From Thermoplasmatota archaeon (GTDB taxonomy: Archaea > Thermoplasmatota > E2 > DHVEG-1): a DNA stretch of 42,623 bases. The notes under the pieces were generated by a model. That model worked only from the letters and a program-made list of their open reading frames with translations. It was not told the DNA's origin and made no database searches. The position numbers and the translations under genes are program-made. Below, piece after piece: positions 17,040 through 26,658 of this stretch; positions within the stretch are counted from its first letter, which is position 1; the number at the start of each line of letters is the position of its first letter. The DNA is taken from NCBI GenBank assembly GCA_035562195.1, contig DATMWV010000291.1, forward strand, positions 1 through 42,623, written 5' to 3'.

Positions 17040-17387
17040 ATGGATGAGGACGTTGTTTTTATCAAAAACGATGAAGAAAAAAGTATTACGAAGAAACCTG
17101 GGAGACTCTATCGTCTAATGCTCAAATCCCATAAGATGGAGGCGATCATCGCTGAGATTGACCCTCATACAGAATCAAAACGATTCCAACACGACGGAGA
17201 AGAAATGCACCTGGTCCTCGAAGGTGAAATGGAATACACGGTTGGTGAAAAAACCTATAAACTTTCGGTTGGGGACATCCTGTGGCATAAATCAATGCTG
17301 ATCCATCACGCGAAAAACACCAGCACTAAAAAAGTCGTGTACATCACTATTGGGACGCCTCCCAGTTTCATGTCAAGTATGGTCTAA
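17040..17387 (+). CDS. cupin domain protein
   Basis: 115 aa with cupin motifs HDGEEMHLVLEGEMEY and GDILWHKSMLIHHAKN. Confidence 0.7.
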   Translation: MDEDVVFIKNDEEKSITKKPGRLYRLMLKSHKMEAIIAEIDPHTESKRFQHDGEEMHLVLEGEMEYTVGEKTYKLSVGDILWHKSMLIHHAKNTSTKKVVYITIGTPPSFMSSMV

Positions 17388-18182
17388 CTCGTCGAAATAC
17401 AGACAATCACCACTCAGGATCTTCTTTGTTTCTCCACTTGCGGTCCAGAGAAGAAGAAATCCGGATTGGTCGACATCAACAGCGGTCCCCTGCAGGATCC
17501 CGGTCATTGTTTTTACTCTAACGTTTTTTCCTAAGGTATCCGAATTTGCTTTCCATTCGTCGATGATCTCCCTATATCGTTGTTCTTGGAAGATCGTATA
17601 ATAGTGTTCGAATGTCATCAAAAAGGTTTTTAAGAATTCGTGATAATCAACTGGATGGTGTAATTCATTGAGGAGTGAGGTGGATTTGTCTTGAATCTCA
17701 GCAGATAATTCCTTCAGGTCGACAGCAAGGTTTATCCCAATACCGACGACAACGTAGGTGATCGTCGATCCCTCTCCTTCAGACTCAAGCAGGATCCCAG
17801 CGATTTTCCGTCCGTTGACACGAACATCGTTTGGCCATTTGATGGTCGCGTGAACCCCATAGGTGTTGATGGATTTCGTCACAGCAAGCGCTGCAACAAA
17901 AGAAAGAAGCGACGTATTCTGACGTGGGACACTAGGTCGAAGGATCAAAGAGAGGTACAATCCACCTTCTGGTGATTCCCAGCTGCGCTTAAAACGTCCT
18001 CGCCCATGACTCTGTGTTCTGGCGATGACAACCGCTCCTTCCGCCCCTCCAGCCTTTGCAAGATTTTTCGCGGTCGAATTTGTAGAATCCAGATCATCAA
18101 AAACAAACGATTTTTTCACAACATCAAAATCAAGTTTTTTCAAGAACGCTTCAGTTTTTTTTACGAAGGATGCCTCTTTCAT
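17373..18182 (-). CDS. birA: biotin--[acetyl-CoA-carboxylase] ligase (class I, no HTH domain)
   Basis: 269 aa with the GRGRFKRSWESPEGGLYLS biotin-binding loop and the KWPNDV motif. The 3' end overlaps the cupin gene by 15 nt in convergent orientation. It lies immediately downstream of pycA. Confidence 0.85.
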   Translation of the reverse strand: MKEASFVKKTEAFLKKLDFDVVKKSFVFDDLDSTNSTAKNLAKAGGAEGAVVIARTQSHGRGRFKRSWESPEGGLYLSLILRPSVPRQNTSLLSFVAALAVTKSINTYGVHATIKWPNDVRVNGRKIAGILLESEGEGSTITYVVVGIGINLAVDLKELSAEIQDKSTSLLNELHHPVDYHEFLKTFLMTFEHYYTIFQEQRYREIIDEWKANSDTLGKNVRVKTMTGILQGTAVDVDQSGFLLLWTASGETKKILSGDCLYFDELDHT

Positions 18183-18200
18183 AAGACAGATGAAGGTCGC

Positions 18201-19661
18201 TTATTTGTGCGGTGAACCACTGTTCGAAGCCATGATCACTGCTTGGACAGCGGCCATCGCTGCAGCGGTCTTCGGACCAGTCGATTGCGCTTTGGTCTCC
18301 TGGACATATTTTACGACCTGATCAAGGATGTTGTACCGAGGGATAAAACTCGTATCATAAGTTCCTGAGCGCCACTGCGGATTATTCATGACCACCTGAT
18401 GGAAGGGGATGTTATGACGCACACCACTGATCTGGAATTCCCAGAGTGCTCGTTTCATCCGCTCAATCGCCCGTGGTCGATCCTCACCCCAGACAATGAG
18501 CTTGGCTATCATAGAATCGTAAAACGGCGGGATGGTAAAACCAGGGTACACACCAGAATCGATTCGGATTCCAGGACCACTTGGTTCAGCATAGCGAATG
18601 ATCTTCGCTGGAGCTGGCATGAAATTATTCAATGGGTCTTCTGCATTGATTCTACATTCGATCGCATGACCACGCGGATGGATATCCTTCTGGTCATACT
18701 CGAGTTCTAATCCAGAAGCGACACGCAGCTGTTCTCGTGCAAGATCAACACCTGTGGTTACCTCAGTGATCGGGTGCTCAACCTGCAATCGTGTGTTCAT
18801 CTCAAGGAAATAATATTTTCCGTCTTTGAACATGAACTCACAAGTCCCTGCATTGTAATACCCAGCAGTTTTTGCTGCAAGCACTGCTTGTGTACCAATC
18901 TCTTTGCGAAGCTCGGGTGTCAAGGCGCAGGAGGGTGTTTCCTCAATGAGTTTCTGATGACGTCGTTGCACACTGCATTCTCGCTCAAAACAATGAATCA
19001 GATGACCTTTTTTATCACCAATCACCTGGTACTCGATGTGACGTGGATTTTCGATGAATTTCTCGATAAAAACAGAATCATCTCCAAACGAGTTCTTCGC
19101 AAGCTGCCGTACGGTTGCAAGAGCTTTTTCCATCTGCTCTTCGTCATTGACTTGCACGATCCCGATACCACCACCACCCGCAGAAGCCTTTAACATCACC
19201 GGGTACCCGACCTCATGGGCGATGTCTTTCGCCCGCTCATGGTCCGCAATCGCCTCGGTGACACCAGGGACAACACTGACTCCTGCCTGAATCATCGATT
19301 TCTTCGAATCAATTTTTGATCCCATCAGCTTCATCGCAGACACTGGTGGACCAATGAACTCGATGTTGTTTTTCTTGCACATCTCGGCAAACTCAGCGTT
19401 CTCTGCCATGAACCCATACCCAGGATGAATCCCTTCCGCACCGGATTTCAACGCAGCATCGATGATTTTCTGTTTATTCAGATAACTTTGACTTGCTGGA
19501 CCGGGGCCGATATTATATTTTTCATCAGCATATTTCACGAACAACGCGTGTTGATCTGCATCTGAGTACACCGCAACCGTAGCAATACCGAACTCTTTGC
19601 ATGCTCTCATGATACGAATCGCTATTTCCCCCCGGTTTGCAATCAGGACCTTATTCAGCAT
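18201..19661 (-). CDS. pycA: pyruvate carboxylase subunit A (biotin carboxylase)
   Basis: 486 aa with N-terminus KVLIANRGEIAIRIMRAC, ATP-grasp MLKASAGGGGIGI, and EMNTRLQVEHPITE. Adjacent to the carboxyltransferase/biotinyl subunit gene. Confidence 0.9.
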   Translation of the reverse strand: MLNKVLIANRGEIAIRIMRACKEFGIATVAVYSDADQHALFVKYADEKYNIGPGPASQSYLNKQKIIDAALKSGAEGIHPGYGFMAENAEFAEMCKKNNIEFIGPPVSAMKLMGSKIDSKKSMIQAGVSVVPGVTEAIADHERAKDIAHEVGYPVMLKASAGGGGIGIVQVNDEEQMEKALATVRQLAKNSFGDDSVFIEKFIENPRHIEYQVIGDKKGHLIHCFERECSVQRRHQKLIEETPSCALTPELRKEIGTQAVLAAKTAGYYNAGTCEFMFKDGKYYFLEMNTRLQVEHPITEVTTGVDLAREQLRVASGLELEYDQKDIHPRGHAIECRINAEDPLNNFMPAPAKIIRYAEPSGPGIRIDSGVYPGFTIPPFYDSMIAKLIVWGEDRPRAIERMKRALWEFQISGVRHNIPFHQVVMNNPQWRSGTYDTSFIPRYNILDQVVKYVQETKAQSTGPKTAAAMAAVQAVIMASNSGSPHK

Positions 19662-19676
19662 ATGACATCACCATTT

Positions 19677-21497
19677 TTACAGGATCTGCATGAGAAGATC
19701 TCCGCTACTCACCGGAGATCCTTCTTTACAAAAGATTTCCTTTACTTCCCCTTCGGTTTCGCATTTTATCTCTTGTTCCATCTTCATTGCTTCAATGGTT
19801 GCAATGACATCTCCTTTCTTGACTTTGTCGCCTTTCTTTACTTTCACTTTCAAGATGGTTCCTTGCATGTTTGATTTGATGCCACCTTCGATATCCTTTG
19901 GTTTTTCTGGAGTTGCACCAACCGCCCCTGCGACAAGATACCCGCCTGAGGGGATGACCTTCACTTCATAGGGTTCTCCGTCCACCTCGACTTGGAACTC
20001 GGTGGGGATTTGCACAGGTCCTCCTCGTTTTTCTGGTGGTTGTGTCTCAAGCCAGAGTTGTTTTACTTCAGGGAAGGATTGTTTTACCATCGCTCTGGTA
20101 AATTGATGATCGATAGGCAACGGCAGTGCATCTGAGGTAAACTCAGCGATCGCTTGACCTTTTAAGAACTTCAAACCGACCTGCGGGTAGAGGATGTAGG
20201 TCATGATGTCCTCTTCTTTCTTAATCAGCGAGCCACCATCGATTTCCTTGAGTTCCTTTTTCTTTTGATCCCAGAGTGGTTCTAATAAGTCAGATGGCCG
20301 GCATTCAATGACTTCCTCTTTCCATTTTGGTCCAAGGACTTTTTTCATAATCTCAGGTTTAATCTCTGCGGGGGGTTTTCCATACATACCGCGGCAGTAA
20401 TCCTTGGTTTCTTTTGGGATGACCTTGTATCGCCCATGCAGAACGTTCATCACTGCTTGCACCCCGACCACTTGACTGGTTGGTGTCACCAGTGGTGGAA
20501 AACCAAGTTCTTCTCGCACCCGTGCGGTTTCATCAAGAATCTGACGGTATTTATCACGCGCGCCCTGCTCCTCAAGCTGGAAAATGAGATTGGAGAGCAT
20601 CCCACCAGGGATTTGATGAAGGGTGACACTCGGGTCGACCTTCAAGGCATCGAATCGATGGAGATGTCGGTACTTCTCCCAGACTTTAAGGAAATATGTG
20701 CGACATTCGATCAGCAATTCTAAATCATACTTGGTATCCCATTCTGTGCCCTGGAACGCGGCGACGACACTTTCTGTTGCAGGAGCAGCGGTCCCTCCGG
20801 AGATCGGCGATATTGATGTATCCAGGATATCGGCACCGGCTTCGACTGCTCGCTGGTACGCCATCCCCGTCATCCCACTCGTGTAATGCGAGTGAAGATC
20901 CATTGGTAGGTTCACACCAGCTTCTTTGGTTCCTTTGATGATATCATAGGCACGTTTCGGGGAGATCATCCCAGCCATATCCTTGATACAGACCGAATCA
21001 GCACCCATCTTCTTCAGCTCAATGAATTTATCAACGAAATAGTCAACGGTATGAATTGGTGAAATCGTATAACTCAGACATGCCTGGACGTGACCGCCGT
21101 TTTCTTTGGCTGCCTGCATCGGGACTTTCATGTTGCGAAGATCGTTAAGCGCATCAAAGATACGGAAATAATCACATCCGTTTTTTTTCGCAAGGTAAAT
21201 GAATTTCTTTACGACATCATCAGGGAAATTCCAGTATGCGACAATGTTCATTGCACGCTCAAGCATTTGTAGCGGTGTGTTTGGCATTGCTTTTTTCAGT
21301 TTGTTTAATCGGTCCCATGGGTCCTGGTTGAGATATCGGATGCAAACATCGTAGGTGGCACCACCCCAGACCTCAAGTGAGAAAAACCCGATCTCATCAA
21401 GTTTTTCAGCTATCGGTAACATATCTTCTGTTCGCATTCGTGTCGCAAGTAACGATTGATGCCCATCTCGTAAAATCATTTCATGTAGTTGTACCAT
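19677..21497 (-). CDS. pycB: pyruvate carboxylase subunit B (carboxyltransferase plus biotinyl carrier domain)
   Basis: 606 aa with the TIM-barrel carboxyltransferase motifs LRDGHQSL and DLHSHYTSGM, and a C-terminal biotinyl domain with EAMKME. Confidence 0.9.
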   Translation of the reverse strand: MVQLHEMILRDGHQSLLATRMRTEDMLPIAEKLDEIGFFSLEVWGGATYDVCIRYLNQDPWDRLNKLKKAMPNTPLQMLERAMNIVAYWNFPDDVVKKFIYLAKKNGCDYFRIFDALNDLRNMKVPMQAAKENGGHVQACLSYTISPIHTVDYFVDKFIELKKMGADSVCIKDMAGMISPKRAYDIIKGTKEAGVNLPMDLHSHYTSGMTGMAYQRAVEAGADILDTSISPISGGTAAPATESVVAAFQGTEWDTKYDLELLIECRTYFLKVWEKYRHLHRFDALKVDPSVTLHQIPGGMLSNLIFQLEEQGARDKYRQILDETARVREELGFPPLVTPTSQVVGVQAVMNVLHGRYKVIPKETKDYCRGMYGKPPAEIKPEIMKKVLGPKWKEEVIECRPSDLLEPLWDQKKKELKEIDGGSLIKKEEDIMTYILYPQVGLKFLKGQAIAEFTSDALPLPIDHQFTRAMVKQSFPEVKQLWLETQPPEKRGGPVQIPTEFQVEVDGEPYEVKVIPSGGYLVAGAVGATPEKPKDIEGGIKSNMQGTILKVKVKKGDKVKKGDVIATIEAMKMEQEIKCETEGEVKEIFCKEGSPVSSGDLLMQIL

Positions 21498-21727
21498 ATC
21501 GTGTCCCCTCCAGTCCCCAATAGGTTTCTTCTAGCCTATTGAGTGGATGGTTTAAACGAGAAATGGTATCCTGTAAACCTACTTAAGAATATCGGGGAGA
21601 AAACCATGACCCGGAAATCATCATATTTATAAACGATCTTCCAAAGTCTTCATACAGGATGAGACAAGGTTAGCACAGTAATCTATTTCTATACGATGTA
21701 ATATGTAACCCAAATTTATTTGGGGGT

Positions 21728-23785
21728 ATGTCTGTGAAGCATCAAATTATCCTCATCCTTATAGGATTATTTCTTCTAACTTCTCCCTCTATACCCACAT
21801 CTCTTGGGATTCCAGCAGGGGGCATTTCAGAAGGAAATATATCATTTGACTATCGAAATGTCACGGTCTATGCACCAGCGGTTTCTGAAGCAGGAACAAG
21901 TTATATCGGTGTTATTTCAACAATCACAGTCACCGTCCAGGGGAATGGAAGTGGACGAGTGTTTGTTGATACACTTCCTCTGACCGATGTCGATATGCAA
22001 GGATCTGCTCGCCTCGCCGTGAAAGTGGCAAGTACTTTAGTAAGCACAGATACACGACCTCACCTTGATCCGCTCACCTGTGATTACTTCTTTGTTGTTC
22101 GAACGACGTCTCCAATGATTGGTGGCCCCTCTGCAGGGGCAATGATGACTATTGCGGTGATATCACTCTTAGAAAATTGGACACTTGACAACAACACGGT
22201 GATGACCGGGATGATCAACCCTGATGGAAGCATCGGTCCTATCGGGGGGATTCCATATAAAATCGATGCAGCCCATAGCGTGGGAGCAACACGATTTCTC
22301 ATACCGAAAGGACAGACGACCTACACAGAAATGATTACTGAATATCAAAATATCAATGGGATCATCTGGCAGAATACCTATCCGGTCACTCGCAACGTCA
22401 CCGAGTACGCCCAGACAAATTACGGGATAGACGTCTTTGAAGTTGAAGATATTAACGACGCACTCCTCTATTTCACCGGCTGGACGTTTCCAGTAAAAGA
22501 ATCCCCTGATAAAATCACAACAGAGGATTATATCACCGCGATGAAACCTTTGGCAACAAGCCTTTTGGATGAAGCACAGGAATCTTTTCAAAACGCAAGC
22601 GATCTGTTCAATACCTCCACAATACCCAACAGATATCCTAATTATTATAGAAATCAAGTAACTGATTTTCTGAACACTGCCTCTGATCGTCTAGATGAAT
22701 CAATCCATTGGTATGACGAAGAAGTGTATTATACGAGCACGAGTAAGTCGTTTCAATGCCTCATCGACTCTCATTTTGTCTCATACATATGTCAATATTT
22801 CACCTTGGATAACCAAGCAGAGTTCGTTCAATCTCTTATTATTCAAACTGTTCAGAACTATCAGAACAACACGGTGTTAACGAAGGATGCTCCTATCCAG
22901 GGGATGGTGACGTTACAATGTGTTGGTGCAGCCCAACAACGAGTCAATGAGGCAGCCTCGTACATTTCTGAAGCCAACACGAGTTTTTTGAATGCGGATT
23001 ATTTTACAGCGTTATACAACATCGCCTATGCCCAGCAACGGATTGAAAGCGTCCGATGGTGGTTAAACATTTCAACCCCGTTTCATGACTCAGGAGACAT
23101 TAACGAAACAATGATCACCAGCCTTGCAGAAGAATATCTTGATGATGCTCAACAAGCGATTGTGTACTCTGAAATTATTATCAATGAAATGGGGAAAACA
23201 TCAGACTTTCTCAACGACGCAAAAGATCTTCTTCAGACCGCTCGCAGCGAACAAGAACAAGGATATTCTGCTGCCGCGTTGTTCGGTTCGTTCGAATCCC
23301 TGGTAAAAGCAAATCTTGCCTTAGAACTTGTTGATGGAGTCACCAATGATAAGATAGAACGAGCACGAACACAGGCAAGCGCCAGTATCACAGAGAGCAG
23401 AACCATTGGTATTGAACCAGTACTGGCTGTGAGTTATTACGAATATGGACGGAGTCTTGCGAACGAATCATCACTTGATACCGCAATAGTGTATTATAAA
23501 TACGCTGATTTAATCGCTGGAGCGTTACGATACACCACCCCCTATGGAGTCCAATCGTCCCGCTACGTAGGAGTCCCAGATAAAAACCCTGTCGTCTCCT
23601 GGAATTTTGGACCGACACGGTACATCGGATTCTTCATCCTCTTTGCATTAATAGGTGGAATCGCAGGGATCGGATTTGGTATCTTGATCGCTGGGCTTTT
23701 AAGCCCTAAGAAACAAAAAGAGCAATTGTTCCCGAAGGATTCTGTCCCACGAAGTATCGAAGATTATTACAAAAAACAAAAATAA
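21728..23785 (+). CDS. membrane-anchored extracytoplasmic S16 (Lon proteolytic domain-like) serine protease with long helical C-terminal extension
   Basis: 685 aa with a signal peptide (IILILIGLFLLTSPSIPTS). Lon-type catalytic Ser motif GGPSAGAMMTIAV and a candidate Lys in GGIPYKIDAA. No AAA+ domain. A helical, Tyr/Ala-rich region of roughly 400 aa follows, then a C-terminal TM (FFILFALIGGIAGIGFGILIAGLL) and a basic tail. Confidence 0.7.
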   Translation: MSVKHQIILILIGLFLLTSPSIPTSLGIPAGGISEGNISFDYRNVTVYAPAVSEAGTSYIGVISTITVTVQGNGSGRVFVDTLPLTDVDMQGSARLAVKVASTLVSTDTRPHLDPLTCDYFFVVRTTSPMIGGPSAGAMMTIAVISLLENWTLDNNTVMTGMINPDGSIGPIGGIPYKIDAAHSVGATRFLIPKGQTTYTEMITEYQNINGIIWQNTYPVTRNVTEYAQTNYGIDVFEVEDINDALLYFTGWTFPVKESPDKITTEDYITAMKPLATSLLDEAQESFQNASDLFNTSTIPNRYPNYYRNQVTDFLNTASDRLDESIHWYDEEVYYTSTSKSFQCLIDSHFVSYICQYFTLDNQAEFVQSLIIQTVQNYQNNTVLTKDAPIQGMVTLQCVGAAQQRVNEAASYISEANTSFLNADYFTALYNIAYAQQRIESVRWWLNISTPFHDSGDINETMITSLAEEYLDDAQQAIVYSEIIINEMGKTSDFLNDAKDLLQTARSEQEQGYSAAALFGSFESLVKANLALELVDGVTNDKIERARTQASASITESRTIGIEPVLAVSYYEYGRSLANESSLDTAIVYYKYADLIAGALRYTTPYGVQSSRYVGVPDKNPVVSWNFGPTRYIGFFILFALIGGIAGIGFGILIAGLLSPKKQKEQLFPKDSVPRSIEDYYKKQK

Positions 23786-23808
23786 GACAATCTCATATAC
23801 CTAGTTTT

Positions 23809-24861
23809 ATGGATATCTCCGGAGAGCTCATAGACGACCATATCCTTGTAAAAAAAGCAAGTGACATCGGAAGGCTCTATAACAAGAGTCATATTGGAAC
23901 CATTCTTCCATCAAATATTTTACGGCTGAATCTCCTTGAGGGTGTTTTTTTACTCGATGAAGGAAAAATGATCTTACACCAAAATAAAAAACAAATACAG
24001 TTTTCATCACTTCTGAAACTGGCAGTTCGAAATATACCAGACTTTGAAACAAAATACCTGGTGTATAAGGATCTACGAAATCGAGGGCATGCAATCACCC
24101 AGGTTGATGATACGACACATATTTCCTTTCGTAAGATTACACAGAAAAATGAGAAGACTTCATCCTGTGTCATCGCTGCATATTCTGAACGGGACATCCT
24201 TGACATCGACATGACACAACAGCTGATCCAACACTATACCAAGAGGAACAATGCATTATGGTTCGCACTGGTTGATGAAGAAGGCGATCTCACCTATTAT
24301 GATCTATCAACTGTGAATCTTACAGGAGATATTTTGGAACAAAAGTACCCAAAGGGTACTGCTGTGATGTTGCAAAATCGTCTGATTGTCTTTGATAAAA
24401 AACTCTCGGGTCAACTGCTTCAAAAAGAGTTTTTTGGTAAACCATTTGGAGAAATACTGCAACTTTCATTTGTCGAAGGATTGTACCTTCTTGAGAGAAA
24501 CGTCCTGGAGATTCAAACCACCGATGGAAAAACCCTTTCTGAGGAGAAATGCATCCATCTGATGCAGAAATTTCAGCCAGACATCGTTCAACGACTCATG
24601 GTGTTCAAGGACCTAAAACAGAAAGGACTTCTAGTGAAAACCGGTTTTAAATTTGGCGCCCATTTCCGTGCATATTCAAAACAACCTGAGGTGACCCATG
24701 CAGAGTATCTGATTCATGTCATCAACAAGGGTTTTACGAGTATCTGGGCAGAGATCAGTCGTGCTGTCCGCCTTGCCCATTCAGTGAATAAAGAATTTAT
24801 CTTCGCTTGTATCGATGAGTCGACTATTGATTATATACGAGTTGGACGACTTCGTCCATAA
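23809..24861 (+). CDS. endA: tRNA-splicing endonuclease, duplicated (two-unit) type
   Basis: 350 aa with a degenerate N-terminal repeat and a catalytic C-terminal unit. The pattern LVKTGFKFGAHFRAYSK...HAEYLIHV carries the catalytic Tyr and His context. Confidence 0.85.
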   Translation: MDISGELIDDHILVKKASDIGRLYNKSHIGTILPSNILRLNLLEGVFLLDEGKMILHQNKKQIQFSSLLKLAVRNIPDFETKYLVYKDLRNRGHAITQVDDTTHISFRKITQKNEKTSSCVIAAYSERDILDIDMTQQLIQHYTKRNNALWFALVDEEGDLTYYDLSTVNLTGDILEQKYPKGTAVMLQNRLIVFDKKLSGQLLQKEFFGKPFGEILQLSFVEGLYLLERNVLEIQTTDGKTLSEEKCIHLMQKFQPDIVQRLMVFKDLKQKGLLVKTGFKFGAHFRAYSKQPEVTHAEYLIHVINKGFTSIWAEISRAVRLAHSVNKEFIFACIDESTIDYIRVGRLRP

Positions 24862-24928
24862 ATTTTCATAATGTATTTATACTTCGTGAGCTATTCGGCC
24901 AATTCCTTATTTGAGGGAGGAGATCATT

Positions 24929-25567
24929 ATGCTTCAGATCCGGTGGCATGGCCATTCCTGCTTCGAGATTACCAACGATGTTACGATCGTGACCGATCCT
25001 CATGATGGAAGATCGATTGGGATACCTGCTCCTACGGTGACAGCTGATATTATTTTAGTATCACATAATCATTATGATCATAATAGTGTGAAATCCGTTG
25101 AAAAAGATTCTTCCAAGGTGGTTACCGATGAGCGGAAACGCACCATAGGCAACATTCAGATCATGGGTATCCCTGCGTTCCATGATACCTCTCAGGGGGA
25201 ACGTCGCGGAACCATGGTTCTGTATAAATTCATCTGTGACGATGTCACGTTCTGCCATCTCGGTGACCTGGGTCATGAACTTGATGAAAAAACGATTCAA
25301 CAAATCGGTAAAATCGATATTTTGTTTATCCCTGTTGGTGGAAACTACACGATCGATGCGGAGCAGGCATGGCGGGTGGTACAAGCGTTGAAACCAAAGA
25401 TAACGATTCCGATGCATTTTCGCATAGAAGGCTTGTCTATCCCAGTTGCTGGTGTTGACTCTTTTTTGGAGAAAAACAAATATAAGATCCTTAAGGTTGG
25501 TAACGAAATTGACATAGAAAAAGACGAGTTACCAAAAGAACCGGAAGTTTGGGTTTTTACGTTGTAG
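24929..25567 (+). CDS. metallo-beta-lactamase-fold hydrolase (UPF0173-like)
   Basis: Start chosen at ATG 24929 (MLQIRWHGHSCFE), preceded by GAGGGAGGAG. Metal motif SHNHYDH. About 212 aa. Confidence 0.8.
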   Translation: MLQIRWHGHSCFEITNDVTIVTDPHDGRSIGIPAPTVTADIILVSHNHYDHNSVKSVEKDSSKVVTDERKRTIGNIQIMGIPAFHDTSQGERRGTMVLYKFICDDVTFCHLGDLGHELDEKTIQQIGKIDILFIPVGGNYTIDAEQAWRVVQALKPKITIPMHFRIEGLSIPVAGVDSFLEKNKYKILKVGNEIDIEKDELPKEPEVWVFTL

Positions 25568-26537
25568 GTTTTTTTTGAAACACTTCTGTATTGACGCAGT
25601 TTGGCGGAATTCCCCCTTTTAACCCTATCATCATGTTTTCTGCAGCCATAAGTGCCATTTTTGTCCGTGTCTCAATAGTGCCTGACCCGATATGAGGTTG
25701 CAGTACGACGTTCTTTAAATGCCTTATTTCTTCGGATAGTTCTGGTTCGTTTTCATATACATCCAAACCCGCCCCGAAAATCCACTGTTCTGTTAATGCT
25801 TTAACTAAGGCTTTTTCATTGATGATGGGTCCCCGTGCGGTATTGATCAGAACCGCTGTTTTTTTCATCATGCGAAGTTGTTCTTCGTCAATAAGATGAT
25901 GGGTGTTCTTCGTGAGAGGGACATGGATGGATATGAAATCTGATTCTTTGAGGAGTTGTGAAAGAGGTACCTTTTTTGCTCCAAGCTCCTGTTCGAGTTG
26001 TTCGTTTCTCTGCTCATCGGTGTAAAGAACATTCAGGTGAAATCCTTTGCTTTTCAATGCGAATGCAGCTCCGATGCGACCAGTGCCAATCACTCCTAAG
26101 GTTTTATATGAAACATCCTGTCCTAGCATGAGCATGGGTGCCCAGCCTTTGAAGTTTCCTTCTCTGGTGAACGTGTCGCCTTCAACGATCCTTCTGGCGA
26201 CTGAAAATAGTAACGCCCAGGCGAGTTCAGCAGTGGTCTCGGTTAACACACCAGGGGTGTTGCTCACAGGGATCCCTCGTTTGGTTGCAGCAGCAATGTC
26301 AATATTGTCGTATCCCACAGCATAGGAAGCGATCATTTTCAGTTGTGGTTCTGCGTTGATAACTTCTTTGTCAATGGGATCTGTCAGAAGACACAGGAGA
26401 CCATCTTTTCCTTTGATGCCGTTAATGATCTCTTTTTTATCAAGAACTCGGTCATAGGGATTGACATGAACAGTGAACTCCTTTGCTAATACATCAAGCC
26501 CATCTTGGGGTATTTTTCTGGTCACAAAAATCTTCAT
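25557..26537 (-). CDS. D-2-hydroxyacid dehydrogenase / glyoxylate (hydroxypyruvate) reductase
   Basis: 326 aa with NAD-binding GVIGTGRIGAAFA, plus LINTARGPIINE and the catalytic HIGSGT. Its 3' end overlaps the MBL gene by 11 nt in convergent orientation. Confidence 0.85.
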   Translation of the reverse strand: MKIFVTRKIPQDGLDVLAKEFTVHVNPYDRVLDKKEIINGIKGKDGLLCLLTDPIDKEVINAEPQLKMIASYAVGYDNIDIAAATKRGIPVSNTPGVLTETTAELAWALLFSVARRIVEGDTFTREGNFKGWAPMLMLGQDVSYKTLGVIGTGRIGAAFALKSKGFHLNVLYTDEQRNEQLEQELGAKKVPLSQLLKESDFISIHVPLTKNTHHLIDEEQLRMMKKTAVLINTARGPIINEKALVKALTEQWIFGAGLDVYENEPELSEEIRHLKNVVLQPHIGSGTIETRTKMALMAAENMMIGLKGGIPPNCVNTEVFQKKPTT

Positions 26538-26658
26538 AGGATATCAGATGCTCCATTCTCGATACGAAGATTATGATTTTAAAGATTTCTAAAAACAGAA
26601 AGTCTTTTTTGAAAAGAAAAAGAGAAACAGAGGGGGGTTCTTTGGAGTTGCTTTAGGT

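Noticed and set aside
18025-21272. Numerous 60-150-aa ORFs antisense to, or out of frame within, pycA and pycB. Similar ones occur in uvrA, the C25 protease gene and the ABC genes.
   Set aside because: They are embedded in strongly supported long CDSs and lack motifs. They are typical shadow ORFs.
23281-23300. A T-loop-like GGTTCGTTCGAATCC string reminiscent of a tRNA T-arm.
   Set aside because: It lies inside the well-supported S16 protease CDS, and no acceptor or anticodon stems can be built around it. It is not a tRNA.
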